Origin: Cyanobacteria bacterium P01_D01_bin.156
GTDB lineage: Bacteria > Cyanobacteriota > Cyanobacteriia > Phormidesmidales > Phormidesmidaceae
Length of the DNA: 64,000 nt
NCBI GenBank assembly: GCA_039024555.1
Contig: JBCCQQ010000003.1
Coordinates: 1-64,000, forward strand
Direction of reading: 5' to 3'
Below, in pieces: positions 50,251 to 60,827 of this stretch. Both the position numbers and the translations under genes were made by a program. The notes beneath the pieces were generated by a model. The model saw nothing but the letters and a program-made list of their open reading frames with translations, had not been told where the DNA came from and did no database searches. How positions within the stretch are numbered: position 1 is the stretch's first letter; the number at the start of each line of letters is the position of its first letter.

Positions 50251-52080
50251 CTAGCTAGCAGACGGTTTAGCGGGCAATTTTGGGCCTTTTTTACGCTTAT
50301 TTTCGTTGAAGTATGCCTCCAGGACTTCTTTAACCATGGGAGCTGCAAAGGAACCGCCGCCGCCACCCGAGTGCTCGCCAAATGCCACAACCAAAACTTC
50401 AGGCTTTTCAAAGGGGGCATACGCCCCAAACCAAGTGTGGTTTTCATACGGGGGGGCTTCAGCAGTGCCACTCTTACCAGCTGGTGTTGGGATAGCTGGC
50501 ACATTGAGACGTGTACCTGTACCACTGGTAATCACTTTCCGTAGCCCCCGCTGCAGGATCTCTATCGTTTCCGGCTGCATATTTAGAGATGTCTTCCACT
50601 GCTTAGACTCAGCATTGTCTAACAAAAGATGGGGAGTGACTAGATAGCCGTTATTCGCAGCCACTGCAAACATCACGGCGGTTTGTAATGGCGTTACTTG
50701 CATATAACCTTGGCCGATGGTCATATTGATGGTGTCCCCTAAGTACCAATCTTCACCAATAAACTCCTGCTTCCAGGGTTCATCAGGTACGAGACCAGCA
50801 GCTTCTTCCGTGATCAGTTCAATCCCTGTTTTTTTCCCAAGACCATATCTTCGCATCCACTCAATCAAAGGTTCATGCCCCATGCGCATGCCCACCTGGT
50901 AGAAAAAAGTATCGCTGCTCCACTGCATGGCCCCATCAAAACCCAGAGGGCCAAAACCAGCATTATTCCAGTCCCAGAAGAGAATGCCACCAGCATTGAT
51001 ATTGGGAAACGTCGGCAAAATGGTATCCACAGGAAACGTACCTGACTCGATAGCGGCGGTGGTGGTAATAATTTTGAAGGTACTGGCAGGGGGATAGGCT
51101 TGCAGTGCTCGGTTTAAGAAAGGGTTACCTCGACTGTTAAGCTGCTCCCACTGGGCTTGAGTAATACGGGTGGAAAAAATATTAGGGTCAAACGTGGGAC
51201 GGCTGACCATCGCTAGAATCGCGCCATCGTTCGGGTCCATGGCTATGATCGCACCAATTTTATCCCCTAGAGCTTTTTCAGCCACCTTTTGGAGCTCTAA
51301 ATCCAGGGTGAGACGGATATTTTGTCCCGATTCAGGGGGTTTTTCGCCCATAATGCGTAAGACATTGCCCGCACTATCCACTTCCACCTGCTGGCCACCC
51401 CATACCCCACGTAGCATTGACTCAAAGGACTTTTCAGTCCCCATTTTGCCAATAATATCCCCCAGGCGATAGTCTCGATTCTCTTCGAGAAATTGCTCAA
51501 ATTCGTCTTCATTAATTTCACCGGTGTACCCAATGACGTGGGCGGCTAAGTCACCGTGGGGGTAGTTACGAATCGCTTCTGCTTCTACACGCACCCCAGG
51601 TAGTTCAGATGCATATTCCGCTAGAGCAGTAGTCTGGGCAGGGCTGAGCCCGCGCGCGATCGCAATGGACTGGGTAGATTCATACCCCGCTGACTCAATC
51701 CGCTGCTGAATCTCGTCTTCAGGAATTTCCAGGAGTTGAGAAAGACGCTGTACCACCGAATCACGCTGGTCTTCTGGCAAGGCAATGGGCCATATAGAAA
51801 CAGAATGGGACAGGCGGCTACCCGCGAGGATTTTGCCATTACGGTCAAACATGGTGCCCCGTGCCGGACGTCGCGGCAGCAGTAAGATCCGATTTTCTTC
51901 AGCTAGCTTGCGGTTGCGATCGCCTTCTACTAACTGCAAATAAAACAGTCGACTGCCAATGCCCCCCAGCATCACCAGCGATAAAAATATCATCATGAGC
52001 ACCGATTGGTACTGACGCCCAACCGTACGACCACCTTTTTTTTCAACCTTTGTTGACGAAGAGTATTGAAAAAAGGCCAT
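50251..52080 (-). CDS. mrdA: Penicillin-binding protein 2
   Basis: PASTFK, SSD and KSGTAE motifs; N-terminal TM; start moved to MAFFQY. Confidence 0.95.
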   Translation of the reverse strand: MAFFQYSSSTKVEKKGGRTVGRQYQSVLMMIFLSLVMLGGIGSRLFYLQLVEGDRNRKLAEENRILLLPRRPARGTMFDRNGKILAGSRLSHSVSIWPIALPEDQRDSVVQRLSQLLEIPEDEIQQRIESAGYESTQSIAIARGLSPAQTTALAEYASELPGVRVEAEAIRNYPHGDLAAHVIGYTGEINEDEFEQFLEENRDYRLGDIIGKMGTEKSFESMLRGVWGGQQVEVDSAGNVLRIMGEKPPESGQNIRLTLDLELQKVAEKALGDKIGAIIAMDPNDGAILAMVSRPTFDPNIFSTRITQAQWEQLNSRGNPFLNRALQAYPPASTFKIITTTAAIESGTFPVDTILPTFPNINAGGILFWDWNNAGFGPLGFDGAMQWSSDTFFYQVGMRMGHEPLIEWMRRYGLGKKTGIELITEEAAGLVPDEPWKQEFIGEDWYLGDTINMTIGQGYMQVTPLQTAVMFAVAANNGYLVTPHLLLDNAESKQWKTSLNMQPETIEILQRGLRKVITSGTGTRLNVPAIPTPAGKSGTAEAPPYENHTWFGAYAPFEKPEVLVVAFGEHSGGGGGSFAAPMVKEVLEAYFNENKRKKGPKLPAKPSAS

Positions 52081-52438
52081 AGATTCAGGGTGGTCGCGAC
52101 AGACTTTGATCAGTTTAGCCCTTTGGAATCCATTCCAGCAGTGCCTATGGCTCTGAACATCGTTCAGGCATGCAGATTTATACAGGTTCAAAAAAACGGG
52201 CACTTTAGAGACACCTCTAAAATTTGGACTGCTAGCTTTGATCGGTCATATCCAAACCCCTAGACAGTTCTACCAATCGTTTCATCTAACCAATTAACAA
52301 CGATTAGCAACGGCAAAATTTGGCCTTGAGGAAGCTGATCGGCTAAGGGGCTATGCAAAACATCAATTTAATTGATTGGGATTTTGAGCTGGTAACCGTA
52401 AAATGATGCAAATGGAACCATTACGGGAGTTACATCCT

Positions 52439-53560
52439 ATGGCTCAAACCATCACTCCGCCAGCAAATGTCATCACGGCATTGGATGTAGAACTCGAGAA
52501 TGTTGTCAAAACCTTTGGCGATGACACGGCTGTTCAAGGTTTAGACCTAAAGATTCACCAGGGAGAATTTTTTAGCATTTTGGGTCCCTCTGGGTGCGGT
52601 AAAACAACCACTCTCAGAATGATTGCCGGATTTGAAACGCCCACATCCGGTGAACTCAAAATTCAATCAAAGTTGATGCGAGGCGTCCCTGCGCACCATC
52701 GTTCAGTCAACACAGTCTTTCAAAGCTATGCCCTGTTTAACCACATGAACGTGTGGCACAACGTGGCCTTTGGTCTCAAAATCAAAAAAGTTTCCAAAAT
52801 AGATCTACGGCAGCGGGTGGGAGAAGCACTACAGCTAGTCCAAATGGAAAGCTTTGCGAAACGCTATCCTACACAACTATCAGGGGGCCAGAAACAGAGA
52901 GTTGCCCTAGCTCGTGCCCTGGTAAATCGTCCAGCAGTGATGTTATTAGACGAACCCTTGGGAGCATTAGACTTAAAACTACGCAAGCAAATGCAGGTGG
53001 AATTATCAAATTTGCACCAGCGTTTAGGCATCACCTTTATTATGGTGACCCACGATCAAGAAGAAGCACTTTCCCTATCTGATCGCATTGCGGTCATGAA
53101 GGATGGCCGCATTGAACAGGTGGGCACTCCCAATGAGATCTATGAACATCCCAGCACTGCCTTCGTAGCCGATTTTATTGGTGATACCAATCTGCTTTCG
53201 GGTCACATTCAGTCAGCTACTCCCCACCCCATGCTGACAACTCACAGTGGGTTAGAGGTATCGGTTGCAGAGCTTACTCAAGGAATTCACATCAACGAAA
53301 ATGCCGTTAACATTAGCATTCGTCCTGAAAAGATTCACCTAAGCTCTACAACGAATCGTGGTGTAGCCTCCAGTTACGATAACTGCTACACCGGACAAAT
53401 CAAACACACTCTGTACACAGGCCCCCACATTCAGTGCATTATTGAGTTGAAAACGGGTGAGCGGCTACGGGTTTTACAACCCAATCAGACCAAATATCAG
53501 CTAGGTTCTACTGTTTATGTCGCCTGGGCAGCCGCTGATTGTCAAGTGCTAGCCGCCTAA
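52439..53560 (+). CDS. potA: Spermidine/putrescine ABC transporter ATP-binding protein
   Basis: GPSGCGKTT, LSGGQ and LLDEPLGALDLKLR; TOBE domain. Confidence 0.92.
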   Translation: MAQTITPPANVITALDVELENVVKTFGDDTAVQGLDLKIHQGEFFSILGPSGCGKTTTLRMIAGFETPTSGELKIQSKLMRGVPAHHRSVNTVFQSYALFNHMNVWHNVAFGLKIKKVSKIDLRQRVGEALQLVQMESFAKRYPTQLSGGQKQRVALARALVNRPAVMLLDEPLGALDLKLRKQMQVELSNLHQRLGITFIMVTHDQEEALSLSDRIAVMKDGRIEQVGTPNEIYEHPSTAFVADFIGDTNLLSGHIQSATPHPMLTTHSGLEVSVAELTQGIHINENAVNISIRPEKIHLSSTTNRGVASSYDNCYTGQIKHTLYTGPHIQCIIELKTGERLRVLQPNQTKYQLGSTVYVAWAAADCQVLAA

Positions 53561-53677
53561 GCTAAAGATAAGGTTGGCCATATAAGGATCTGCATGAACA
53601 AATTACGGTCCTTTAATAGCCTAATGTCATTAAGTGGTTTTAAAGTATTCATGGTGTTTGCTTAGAGGAGAAAGACT

Positions 53678-54823
53678 GTGCCCCGCCGACTATCCAACCA
53701 TTCATCTCTGCTTTCACGTACATCTCGTCGTCGCTTTCTACAAGGATCTGCGGCGGCACTGGCCGGAGTAGGTCTTTCCAACTGTCGTCGTACCATCGGC
53801 GAAACTGATACTACACCGAGCGAAGAAACAACGGCTCCTGCGGAGAAAGCATCCGGTGTATTGCATATTTACACCTGGGCCGACTACACCGATGATGAGC
53901 TTGCCGCACAGTTTACAGAAGCAACCGGCATTGAGGTCAAAATCGATGTGTATGATTCCAATGAAACCATGTTGGCCAAAATGCAGGCAGGAGGCGGTGC
54001 CGACTACAGCCTGATCTACCCATCGGACTACATGGTCACTCAGATGATCGACTTTGGCATGCTCACAGAGCTGGACAAATCACGCCTGGTCGGCCTAGAT
54101 AAAATCCTTGAAAAGTGGCAAAGCCCTGTCTACGATCCTGATAACGCCCACAGCGTTCCCTTCAGCTGGGGTACCACAGGGTTGCTCTATAATTCTGAAG
54201 TTTTGACCACGCCCCCTACTGATTGGAATTATCTGTGGGAAAACCGGGATGTACTATCGCGCAAAATGACGATGCTAGACGATGTGCGAGAGACGTTGGG
54301 GGCAGTGTTGAGTTCCCTAGGCTACTCGTATAACGCTACCGACCCGGCCCAGCTAGAAGAAGCCTATCAGAAGCTGTTGGATCTTAAGCCCTCTTTAGCA
54401 TCCTTTAAGTCCTTTGGTTGGCAGGACGAGCTGTTAAGTGGTGACCTCTTGCTCTCAATGGTCTACTCCGTAGAAGGTATTCCCGTCAGCCTAGAAAATC
54501 CTACATTCAAGTACGTGATTCCTGAAAGCGGCTCTTCCGTTTGGACCGATACAATCGTAATTCCCACATCGGCCCCCAATGTGGATGCGGCCTACGAATG
54601 GATTAATTTCAACCTCCAGCCCAAGGTTTCGCAAGAAACTGTGGAGCGCTTGTTCTTTGCCACTCCTAACAGTGAGGCCCTAACAATGCTTTCCCAGGAT
54701 TTACTTGACAATAAGAATCTCTTCCCTCCCGAAGATCTTCTAGCTAAGTGCGAAGGTATCGCCCCTGTTGGTGACGCGAATACTCTTTATGACGAGTATT
54801 GGACAAAAGTAACAAGTGCCTAG
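53678..54823 (+). CDS. potD: Spermidine/putrescine-binding protein with Tat-type signal
   Basis: SRRRFL signal; YTWADY, YDSNE, PSDY and WGTTG. Confidence 0.92.
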   Translation: MPRRLSNHSSLLSRTSRRRFLQGSAAALAGVGLSNCRRTIGETDTTPSEETTAPAEKASGVLHIYTWADYTDDELAAQFTEATGIEVKIDVYDSNETMLAKMQAGGGADYSLIYPSDYMVTQMIDFGMLTELDKSRLVGLDKILEKWQSPVYDPDNAHSVPFSWGTTGLLYNSEVLTTPPTDWNYLWENRDVLSRKMTMLDDVRETLGAVLSSLGYSYNATDPAQLEEAYQKLLDLKPSLASFKSFGWQDELLSGDLLLSMVYSVEGIPVSLENPTFKYVIPESGSSVWTDTIVIPTSAPNVDAAYEWINFNLQPKVSQETVERLFFATPNSEALTMLSQDLLDNKNLFPPEDLLAKCEGIAPVGDANTLYDEYWTKVTSA

Positions 54824-54829
54824 AGGCTC

Positions 54830-55729
54830 ATGGACACAGGAATTAGGCCAGGAATAGACTTCGCCATTATTGGGCAAAAGCTGAGAAACAGTCTCAGACC
54901 CTTAGGACTTTTGGGGCCAGCAGGGTTATGGTTGTTTTTACTCATGGTTTTGCCAACATTACTGATTGGCGAATTGAGTTTTGTTCCTGGTCTAAGACCT
55001 GGGGAATTAATCGAGGAATATGGTTTTCTAAATTATCTGAGAATTTTAGAGCCTACATACCTCCAAGTTTTAAGACGTTCAGCCGCATTTGCGACTGGTA
55101 CGACACTAGTGTGCCTATTAGTGGGGTTTCCAGTTGCCTACTGGTTAGCACTCATGGCTCCAAAGCGGTGGCGAAATTTGCTTTTGGTATTGTTTATCTT
55201 GCCCCTCTGGACCTCATCCCTGCTGCGCACTTATGCCTGGATTACGCTACTGCGTCCTTCCGGGGTCATCAATTTGGTATTGAGTACCCTAGGGTTACCG
55301 ACTCAGTCCCTAATGAATACCCCTTGGGCTGTCTACATTGGCATGACCTACAGTTTTTTACCTTACATGGTACTCATTCTGTACGCATCCTTAGAACGAT
55401 TAGACTTACAGCTATTAGAAGCCGCCGCTGATTTGGGAGCCAATCCACGAATAGCTTTTTGGCGAGTTACAGTACCTCAAACCTTGCCTGGCATTGCAGC
55501 AGGGTGTTTACTCGTTTTTGTGACCAGTCTGGGAGATTTTGTAGTGCCCACTTTGCTGGGGGGTACCAGTAGTATGACGATTTCCCGGTTGATTTATAAC
55601 CAGTTTTTAGGTGTGGCTCGCAACTGGGGATTTGGCTCAGCCTTGAGTATGGTGCTGATTTTAATGGTGAGTGCTGCGATCGCACTACTGTTGAAATATG
55701 GTGATCGAAATCCTGAGATCTATTCATGA
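54830..55729 (+). CDS. potB: Polyamine ABC transporter permease
   Basis: LPLWTSSLLRTYAW and EAAADLGA. Confidence 0.9.
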   Translation: MDTGIRPGIDFAIIGQKLRNSLRPLGLLGPAGLWLFLLMVLPTLLIGELSFVPGLRPGELIEEYGFLNYLRILEPTYLQVLRRSAAFATGTTLVCLLVGFPVAYWLALMAPKRWRNLLLVLFILPLWTSSLLRTYAWITLLRPSGVINLVLSTLGLPTQSLMNTPWAVYIGMTYSFLPYMVLILYASLERLDLQLLEAAADLGANPRIAFWRVTVPQTLPGIAAGCLLVFVTSLGDFVVPTLLGGTSSMTISRLIYNQFLGVARNWGFGSALSMVLILMVSAAIALLLKYGDRNPEIYS

Positions 55730-56529
55730 AACCCACTGCAACTAAGCCTTTGATTGGCTGGCGTCCATCCTGGCAAGGAATTGTCACCCTCACCATGTAT
55801 GGGTTTATGTATATTCCCATTGTGATTTTGGGAGTGTATAGCTTTAACGAATCTCGCTACGGTGCTATCTGGAAGGGGTTCAGTCTCACGTGGTACCAGA
55901 AGCTAATGGGAGACGAGCGCCTTTTTTTAGCGCTAGTGGATAGTCTCAAAATTGCCCTCTGTGCAGTCACTATATCTGCAGTCCTTGGCACTCTAATGGC
56001 CGTAGGGCTTTCTAAATATCGATTTCCTGGTAAGTCTCTGTACGTTGGGGTCTCTTATCTACCGTTGATTATTCCAGATATTGCGATCGCAGTAGCCACA
56101 CTGGTTTTCTTGACCTCGGCCGCTATTCCTTTAAGCATATGGACTGCGATTGCAGCCCATATGGTTTTTTGTTTAGCCTACATTGCCATTGTGGTATCCA
56201 GTCGCCTGCAGGGGTTAGACCCTAATCTAGAGGAAGCTGCTCTAGATCTTGGAGCAACACCCACACAAGCATTAATTAGAGTCTTAATCCCCCAGCTCAC
56301 ACCAGCTATTCTCTCCGGTTGTCTGCTAGCATTTGTTTTGAGTATGGACGATCTGCTTATTTCAAGTTTCACTGCTGGTGGTGCCAATCCGTTACCGCTG
56401 GAAATTTTTAGCCGTGTAAGAACAGGCATTAAACCCGACATTAACGCCTTAAGCGTTCTGCTCATCCTTACATCGGGACTCATTGCAGCACTGTCTGAAT
56501 ACTTTCGATACAAAAGTGAACGGGTTTAA
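55726..56529 (+). CDS. potC: Polyamine ABC transporter permease
   Basis: YSFN, EEAALDLGA, SMDD and PDINAL. Confidence 0.9.
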   Translation: MKPTATKPLIGWRPSWQGIVTLTMYGFMYIPIVILGVYSFNESRYGAIWKGFSLTWYQKLMGDERLFLALVDSLKIALCAVTISAVLGTLMAVGLSKYRFPGKSLYVGVSYLPLIIPDIAIAVATLVFLTSAAIPLSIWTAIAAHMVFCLAYIAIVVSSRLQGLDPNLEEAALDLGATPTQALIRVLIPQLTPAILSGCLLAFVLSMDDLLISSFTAGGANPLPLEIFSRVRTGIKPDINALSVLLILTSGLIAALSEYFRYKSERV

Positions 56530-56624
56530 AGACATTTACCCATGACACTCAGTTAACAGTCACAAACAAAACCATCAATTTTTTTGCAAATATTCTCCTT
56601 TGAAAATTAAGTGAAATCACTTTA

Positions 56625-56646
56625 AAAGGTGCCAACGATCACATTT
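56625..56646. promoter_or_regulatory. Candidate CRP (SyCRP1-type) binding site
   Basis: AAAGGTGCCAACGATCACATTT versus consensus AAATGTGA-N6-TCACATTT; right half perfect. Confidence 0.5.
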
Positions 56647-56764
56647 TTTTAACTTGAAAATCACGGCTAAAACCTTACCCAGACGGCATATTGAATATAG
56701 GTAAAAAGTTCTCTTCAATAGCTTTTTACTTCCCTAAAGTTCCTGTAGTTCTGGAGTAAAAGCC

Positions 56765-56965
56765 ATGTTGAATTCTGGCGTAAAAACTCAATCACTCGAG
56801 AGTCTCATAAGCAATATTTTGCGTTGTCGCCGCATTACTCGGGAAACACAAAATGTCTTGATGACATCGTTACTGAACAAATCCCAACTGAATAGCAACG
56901 AGCAAGCACAAGTCGATAAAATTTTTGAGGCGATCACGCAAGGTCGCCTCAGGGTAGTGGACTAA
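56765..56965 (+). CDS. Small hypothetical protein, 66 aa
   Basis: GGAG RBS; RRITR..Q...L...EQ..V.KIFE....GRLRVVD pattern seen in small cyanobacterial proteins. Confidence 0.75.
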   Translation: MLNSGVKTQSLESLISNILRCRRITRETQNVLMTSLLNKSQLNSNEQAQVDKIFEAITQGRLRVVD

Positions 56966-56967
56966 GC

Positions 56968-57183
56968 CTAGTCTTGTTCAGTAGGCTTATCCTCACTATC
57001 GTTAGCTTCAATATCAGGCACAATATCAGGCCGAACAGCATCTTCCCAACCAGGTGGTCGCTTTGAGTTATACCAAGCCATGGACCCAATACCAACAGCA
57101 GCGATAAAGCCAACTACATACACTAGCTGAAAGTAGTACATAGGAAGACCTGATGCACTCGCTTCACCTAAAAGAATTGCCAT
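56968..57183 (-). CDS. psb35: Photosystem II assembly protein Psb35
   Basis: VYVVGFIAAVGIGSMAWYNSKRPPGWE; GGAGG RBS. Confidence 0.85.
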   Translation of the reverse strand: MAILLGEASASGLPMYYFQLVYVVGFIAAVGIGSMAWYNSKRPPGWEDAVRPDIVPDIEANDSEDKPTEQD

Positions 57184-57259
57184 AAACAGGCTGTTCCTCC
57201 TCTAATACGCTCCCTACAGAGCATTTATACATCTGTTATTTATTCTAGTGGGCTGCATA

Positions 57260-59644
57260 TCACTCTGCAGACACTTCTGAATTTTCTAAAACTGGGATTG
57301 CAGGAGCAGGTGCTGGAGCTACTGGAGCTGGAGCCGCTGGAGCTACTGGAGCTGGAGCCACTGGAGCCGCTACTGGAATTTCGGGTATGACTGGCACAGC
57401 AGGGAGTTCCGGCGCAACTGGCGCAGCAGGGGGTAATGGATCGGCAATCACAGGGGTTAACTCTGCGGGTTCATCCACCAGGGTTGGAGCTGGAGCAGCC
57501 GGAGCTGGAGCCGGGGCTGCCACCGATGGCGGATTAGACGTAGGTGCTGGCCGCCTAATCTCAGGTTGTGGCTGTGGCTCAGACCGTTTTGTCTCGGATG
57601 CTTCTGGTTGAGGAGCTGTAGACGGAGTAGTTGTTTCTGCTTGCTCTGAAGAACGACTACTCCCTGCTTTTTCAGCAATTACTTTGCCAGGTTTGACAGG
57701 CTTGGCTTCAATGGACCCATCACGCCCCGATAGTCGAGGAAGTTCAGGAAACTTTTCGACCGGTAATTCTTCAATAAACTGCGATACAAACTTCCGCCAG
57801 GCATAGGCGGCAGTACTACTGGCTCCACGGGTAGGGCTACTATCATCATTACCAAACCAAACTCCTACCACGAGATTCGGCGTAAAACCAATAAACCAGA
57901 GATCTCTATTTTTTTCCGAGGTGCCAGTTTTTCCGGCTATTTGACGACCACTGATATAAGCATTGCTGCCGGTTCCGCCCTCCACAACACTACGCATCAT
58001 CCAAGCCATAATGGCGGCAGAGTCTTGGTCTAAGGCCTGTTCAGGTTGATCGCTAAATTCGTAGAGCACTTCGCCACTGCGGTTAGTAATGCGCTTAATT
58101 CCATGGGCATCCGTATGCTTGCCTTTAGCCGCCAGAGCACCGTAGGCATTGGTTAACTCCAGTAAATTAACCTCAGAAGACCCTAGAGCTAAAGAATACG
58201 CTGGCAGCAAATCAGACTTAATACCCATGCGCTGAGCTAAGTTAATAACTGGCTCAAAACCGATTTCCACCAGTACTTTAACGGCCACAATATTGATGGA
58301 AGAAGCCAATGCTCGCTTGAGTTCCACATTGCCACTAAATTTTTCGCCGTAGTTTTTAGGCTCGTAACCGTCAACGACATAGCGAGCATCTACGTAGTCC
58401 TTATAAGGAGATACGCCAGTTGCGATCGCAGCACTATAAACAAACGCCTTAAACGTCGACCCTGGTTGACGCTGAGCTTGGGTAACTCGGTTGAACTGAC
58501 TTTCTTCAAAGTCGGTCCCACCCACCATCGCGTGAATTTGACCCGTTTTTGGATCTAACGCAACGATTGACCCCTGTTCAAATCGCTGCCAACGACTGTA
58601 TTCTTCCAGTACCTCTTCCAAGGTTGTTTCAGCAGAGCGCTGCCATTTTGGCTTGAGGCTAGTCTCTACCACTAAGCCACCAGCTTCAATATCCTCTTGC
58701 GAAATAAGCTCAGGCAGCTTTTTTTGAACATAGATGGTGAAATAGGGAAATTCGCTATAAAGGAATTTGGGCTCGTTAGGCGTAGTAGCCACATTACTGC
58801 GATAGGCCGTCGTCGCCTGAGTCTGGGAAATTACACCATTCTCCAACATGCGGCTAATAACCTTATCGCGCTGCTGACGAGCCGCTTCTTCATCCACCAG
58901 AGGAGAATAAAAGCTGGGAGCAGGTGCCATCCCAGCAATTAAAGCAATCTCTGCCACCGTTAGCTCTTCAACGGTTTTCCCAAAATAAATCCAGGCAGCA
59001 TCCGCCACACCATAGGCACCTGCTCCTAGATAGACCAGATTCAGATAGCGTTCAAGAATTTTTTCTTTACCGAGATCTTTCTCTAATTTCCGAGCTAGCA
59101 GTGCCTCACGAAACTTACGCTGGAAACTGCGATCTTGATCAAGAAAAATGATGCGAGCAACCTGTTGAGTGATGGTGCTCGCTCCTTCTACTAGTTCACG
59201 GTTGCGCACATTGGAATAAACCGCACGCGCAATCCCCTTATAGTCAATTCCTTCATGCTCGTAAAATCGACGGTCCTCAGACGCAATAAATCCCTGAACC
59301 AGAGTATCCGGAATATCATCATATTCTAGATACTCCTGGGTGGCTGGCCCAATCTTTTGTAGAACGTCGCCATCATCAGATTTGATGGTAATAGTGCCAG
59401 TACGCTCGAAAGTTAACGCTTGGGACACATCGGGTAAACTGGCGGTCGCTGCTTGCCAGAAACGATAACCACGGGTAGTAAGACCAGCGGCACCCGCTCC
59501 CACTAGCAAAATGACCCAAAATAGAAAGCTGCGGTGGAGTGGCTTTGGAACATTATTCTGCCGTGAAGGCTTAACCCTAGCGTCAGTTAAACCCTCACCG
59601 GCACCATCATTTTTGATTTCACCAATTCTATTAGCCACATTCAA
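57260..59644 (-). CDS. Class A penicillin-binding protein (PBP1A family) with Pro/Ala-rich tail
   Basis: EDRRFYEH, GASTITQQ, RQPGSTFK, SIN and KTGT. Confidence 0.96.
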   Translation of the reverse strand: MNVANRIGEIKNDGAGEGLTDARVKPSRQNNVPKPLHRSFLFWVILLVGAGAAGLTTRGYRFWQAATASLPDVSQALTFERTGTITIKSDDGDVLQKIGPATQEYLEYDDIPDTLVQGFIASEDRRFYEHEGIDYKGIARAVYSNVRNRELVEGASTITQQVARIIFLDQDRSFQRKFREALLARKLEKDLGKEKILERYLNLVYLGAGAYGVADAAWIYFGKTVEELTVAEIALIAGMAPAPSFYSPLVDEEAARQQRDKVISRMLENGVISQTQATTAYRSNVATTPNEPKFLYSEFPYFTIYVQKKLPELISQEDIEAGGLVVETSLKPKWQRSAETTLEEVLEEYSRWQRFEQGSIVALDPKTGQIHAMVGGTDFEESQFNRVTQAQRQPGSTFKAFVYSAAIATGVSPYKDYVDARYVVDGYEPKNYGEKFSGNVELKRALASSINIVAVKVLVEIGFEPVINLAQRMGIKSDLLPAYSLALGSSEVNLLELTNAYGALAAKGKHTDAHGIKRITNRSGEVLYEFSDQPEQALDQDSAAIMAWMMRSVVEGGTGSNAYISGRQIAGKTGTSEKNRDLWFIGFTPNLVVGVWFGNDDSSPTRGASSTAAYAWRKFVSQFIEELPVEKFPELPRLSGRDGSIEAKPVKPGKVIAEKAGSSRSSEQAETTTPSTAPQPEASETKRSEPQPQPEIRRPAPTSNPPSVAAPAPAPAAPAPTLVDEPAELTPVIADPLPPAAPVAPELPAVPVIPEIPVAAPVAPAPVAPAAPAPVAPAPAPAIPVLENSEVSAE

Positions 59645-59781
59645 TAACCCTATCTAATCCATTTTTTCAAAATGGTTGATTTAATCAGCATGCATCCAAC
59701 TGATGGTCACAATCTGCACCCAGTACTACATAGCCGCTGACATATCTTGACATACCTGCAAAAAGGCTAGCAAAATCCACA

Positions 59782-60795
59782 CTAACCCACCAAGTAATCG
59801 GTATGTCCAAGTGCTAACCCTAAAATCAGCATACCGATTACCAAGAACGGTTGTGCACTAGCCTGATACTTCACATCATTGGCCAGGGGGTCGCGCAGAA
59901 AGTACATATCCTGAAACGTGATTTGCGGAATAATCATCAAAATCAATAAAACCGCATAGAGATTTTTATGAACTGCGATGAGGTAGGTAGCCATCCCAGC
60001 CTGAAAAATATCAATCATCAGCACACAAATCCAGGCAGCAGTGCCTACACCGAACATCACAGGCAGTGACTTCAAACCTAGGGCTTTATCTCCTTCCACA
60101 CTCTTAAAGTCATTCACCACTGCAATACCCAGACCTGCCATGCTGTAAAGCAGTGTGAGAATAATCACAGTCGTATTAAGTTGACCAAACAAGGCATGAC
60201 CGGCCCACCACGGTAAGGCAATATAGCTAGCACCCAGAGCGTAGTTACCCAACCAACCGTTTTGTTTGAGTTTGAGCGGAGGAGCCGAGTAGATATAGGA
60301 AACAAACGAGCCACCAACCGCTAGGGCCGTCAACATGGGAAACGCATGATTTGCCCAGCGATCAAGGCCGTAGGAAACGGCAATCCCTCCCAGCAAAAGC
60401 ACCCAAATTTGCACCTGAACCTGACCTAGACCAATGGCACCAGAGGGAATGGGACGATAGGGCTCATTAATGGCGTCGAGTTCCCGATCGTAGTAGTCAT
60501 TAATTGTTTGGGTGTAGCCTGTGAGCAATGGCCCCGCCATCAGCATGCAAGCCAGAGATGCAAGCACATGCTCTACGCTCCATTCAAAATGTCCAGAAGA
60601 AGCTGCACCACAGAGCACTCCCCAAATTAATGGAATCCAGGTAATTGGCTTCATCAATTGAAGCCGAATCTTCCAGATAGAAGTTTCACCATCAGCGGCC
60701 CCCTTCATACCCAAAAGTTGGCGTGCCTTTGACCCTTCAGATGGGTCTTGATCATCATCGGGACTAGGATTAACCGAGGTGGGAGTATCAGTCAT
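59782..60795 (-). CDS. chlG: Chlorophyll synthase
   Basis: RLQLMKPITWIPL, NDYYDRELDAINEPYRPIPSG and NDFKSVEGD. Confidence 0.98.
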   Translation of the reverse strand: MTDTPTSVNPSPDDDQDPSEGSKARQLLGMKGAADGETSIWKIRLQLMKPITWIPLIWGVLCGAASSGHFEWSVEHVLASLACMLMAGPLLTGYTQTINDYYDRELDAINEPYRPIPSGAIGLGQVQVQIWVLLLGGIAVSYGLDRWANHAFPMLTALAVGGSFVSYIYSAPPLKLKQNGWLGNYALGASYIALPWWAGHALFGQLNTTVIILTLLYSMAGLGIAVVNDFKSVEGDKALGLKSLPVMFGVGTAAWICVLMIDIFQAGMATYLIAVHKNLYAVLLILMIIPQITFQDMYFLRDPLANDVKYQASAQPFLVIGMLILGLALGHTDYLVG

Positions 60796-60827
60796 GAGTG
60801 TAAACAGCAGTTAAAGTACTGATAAAA

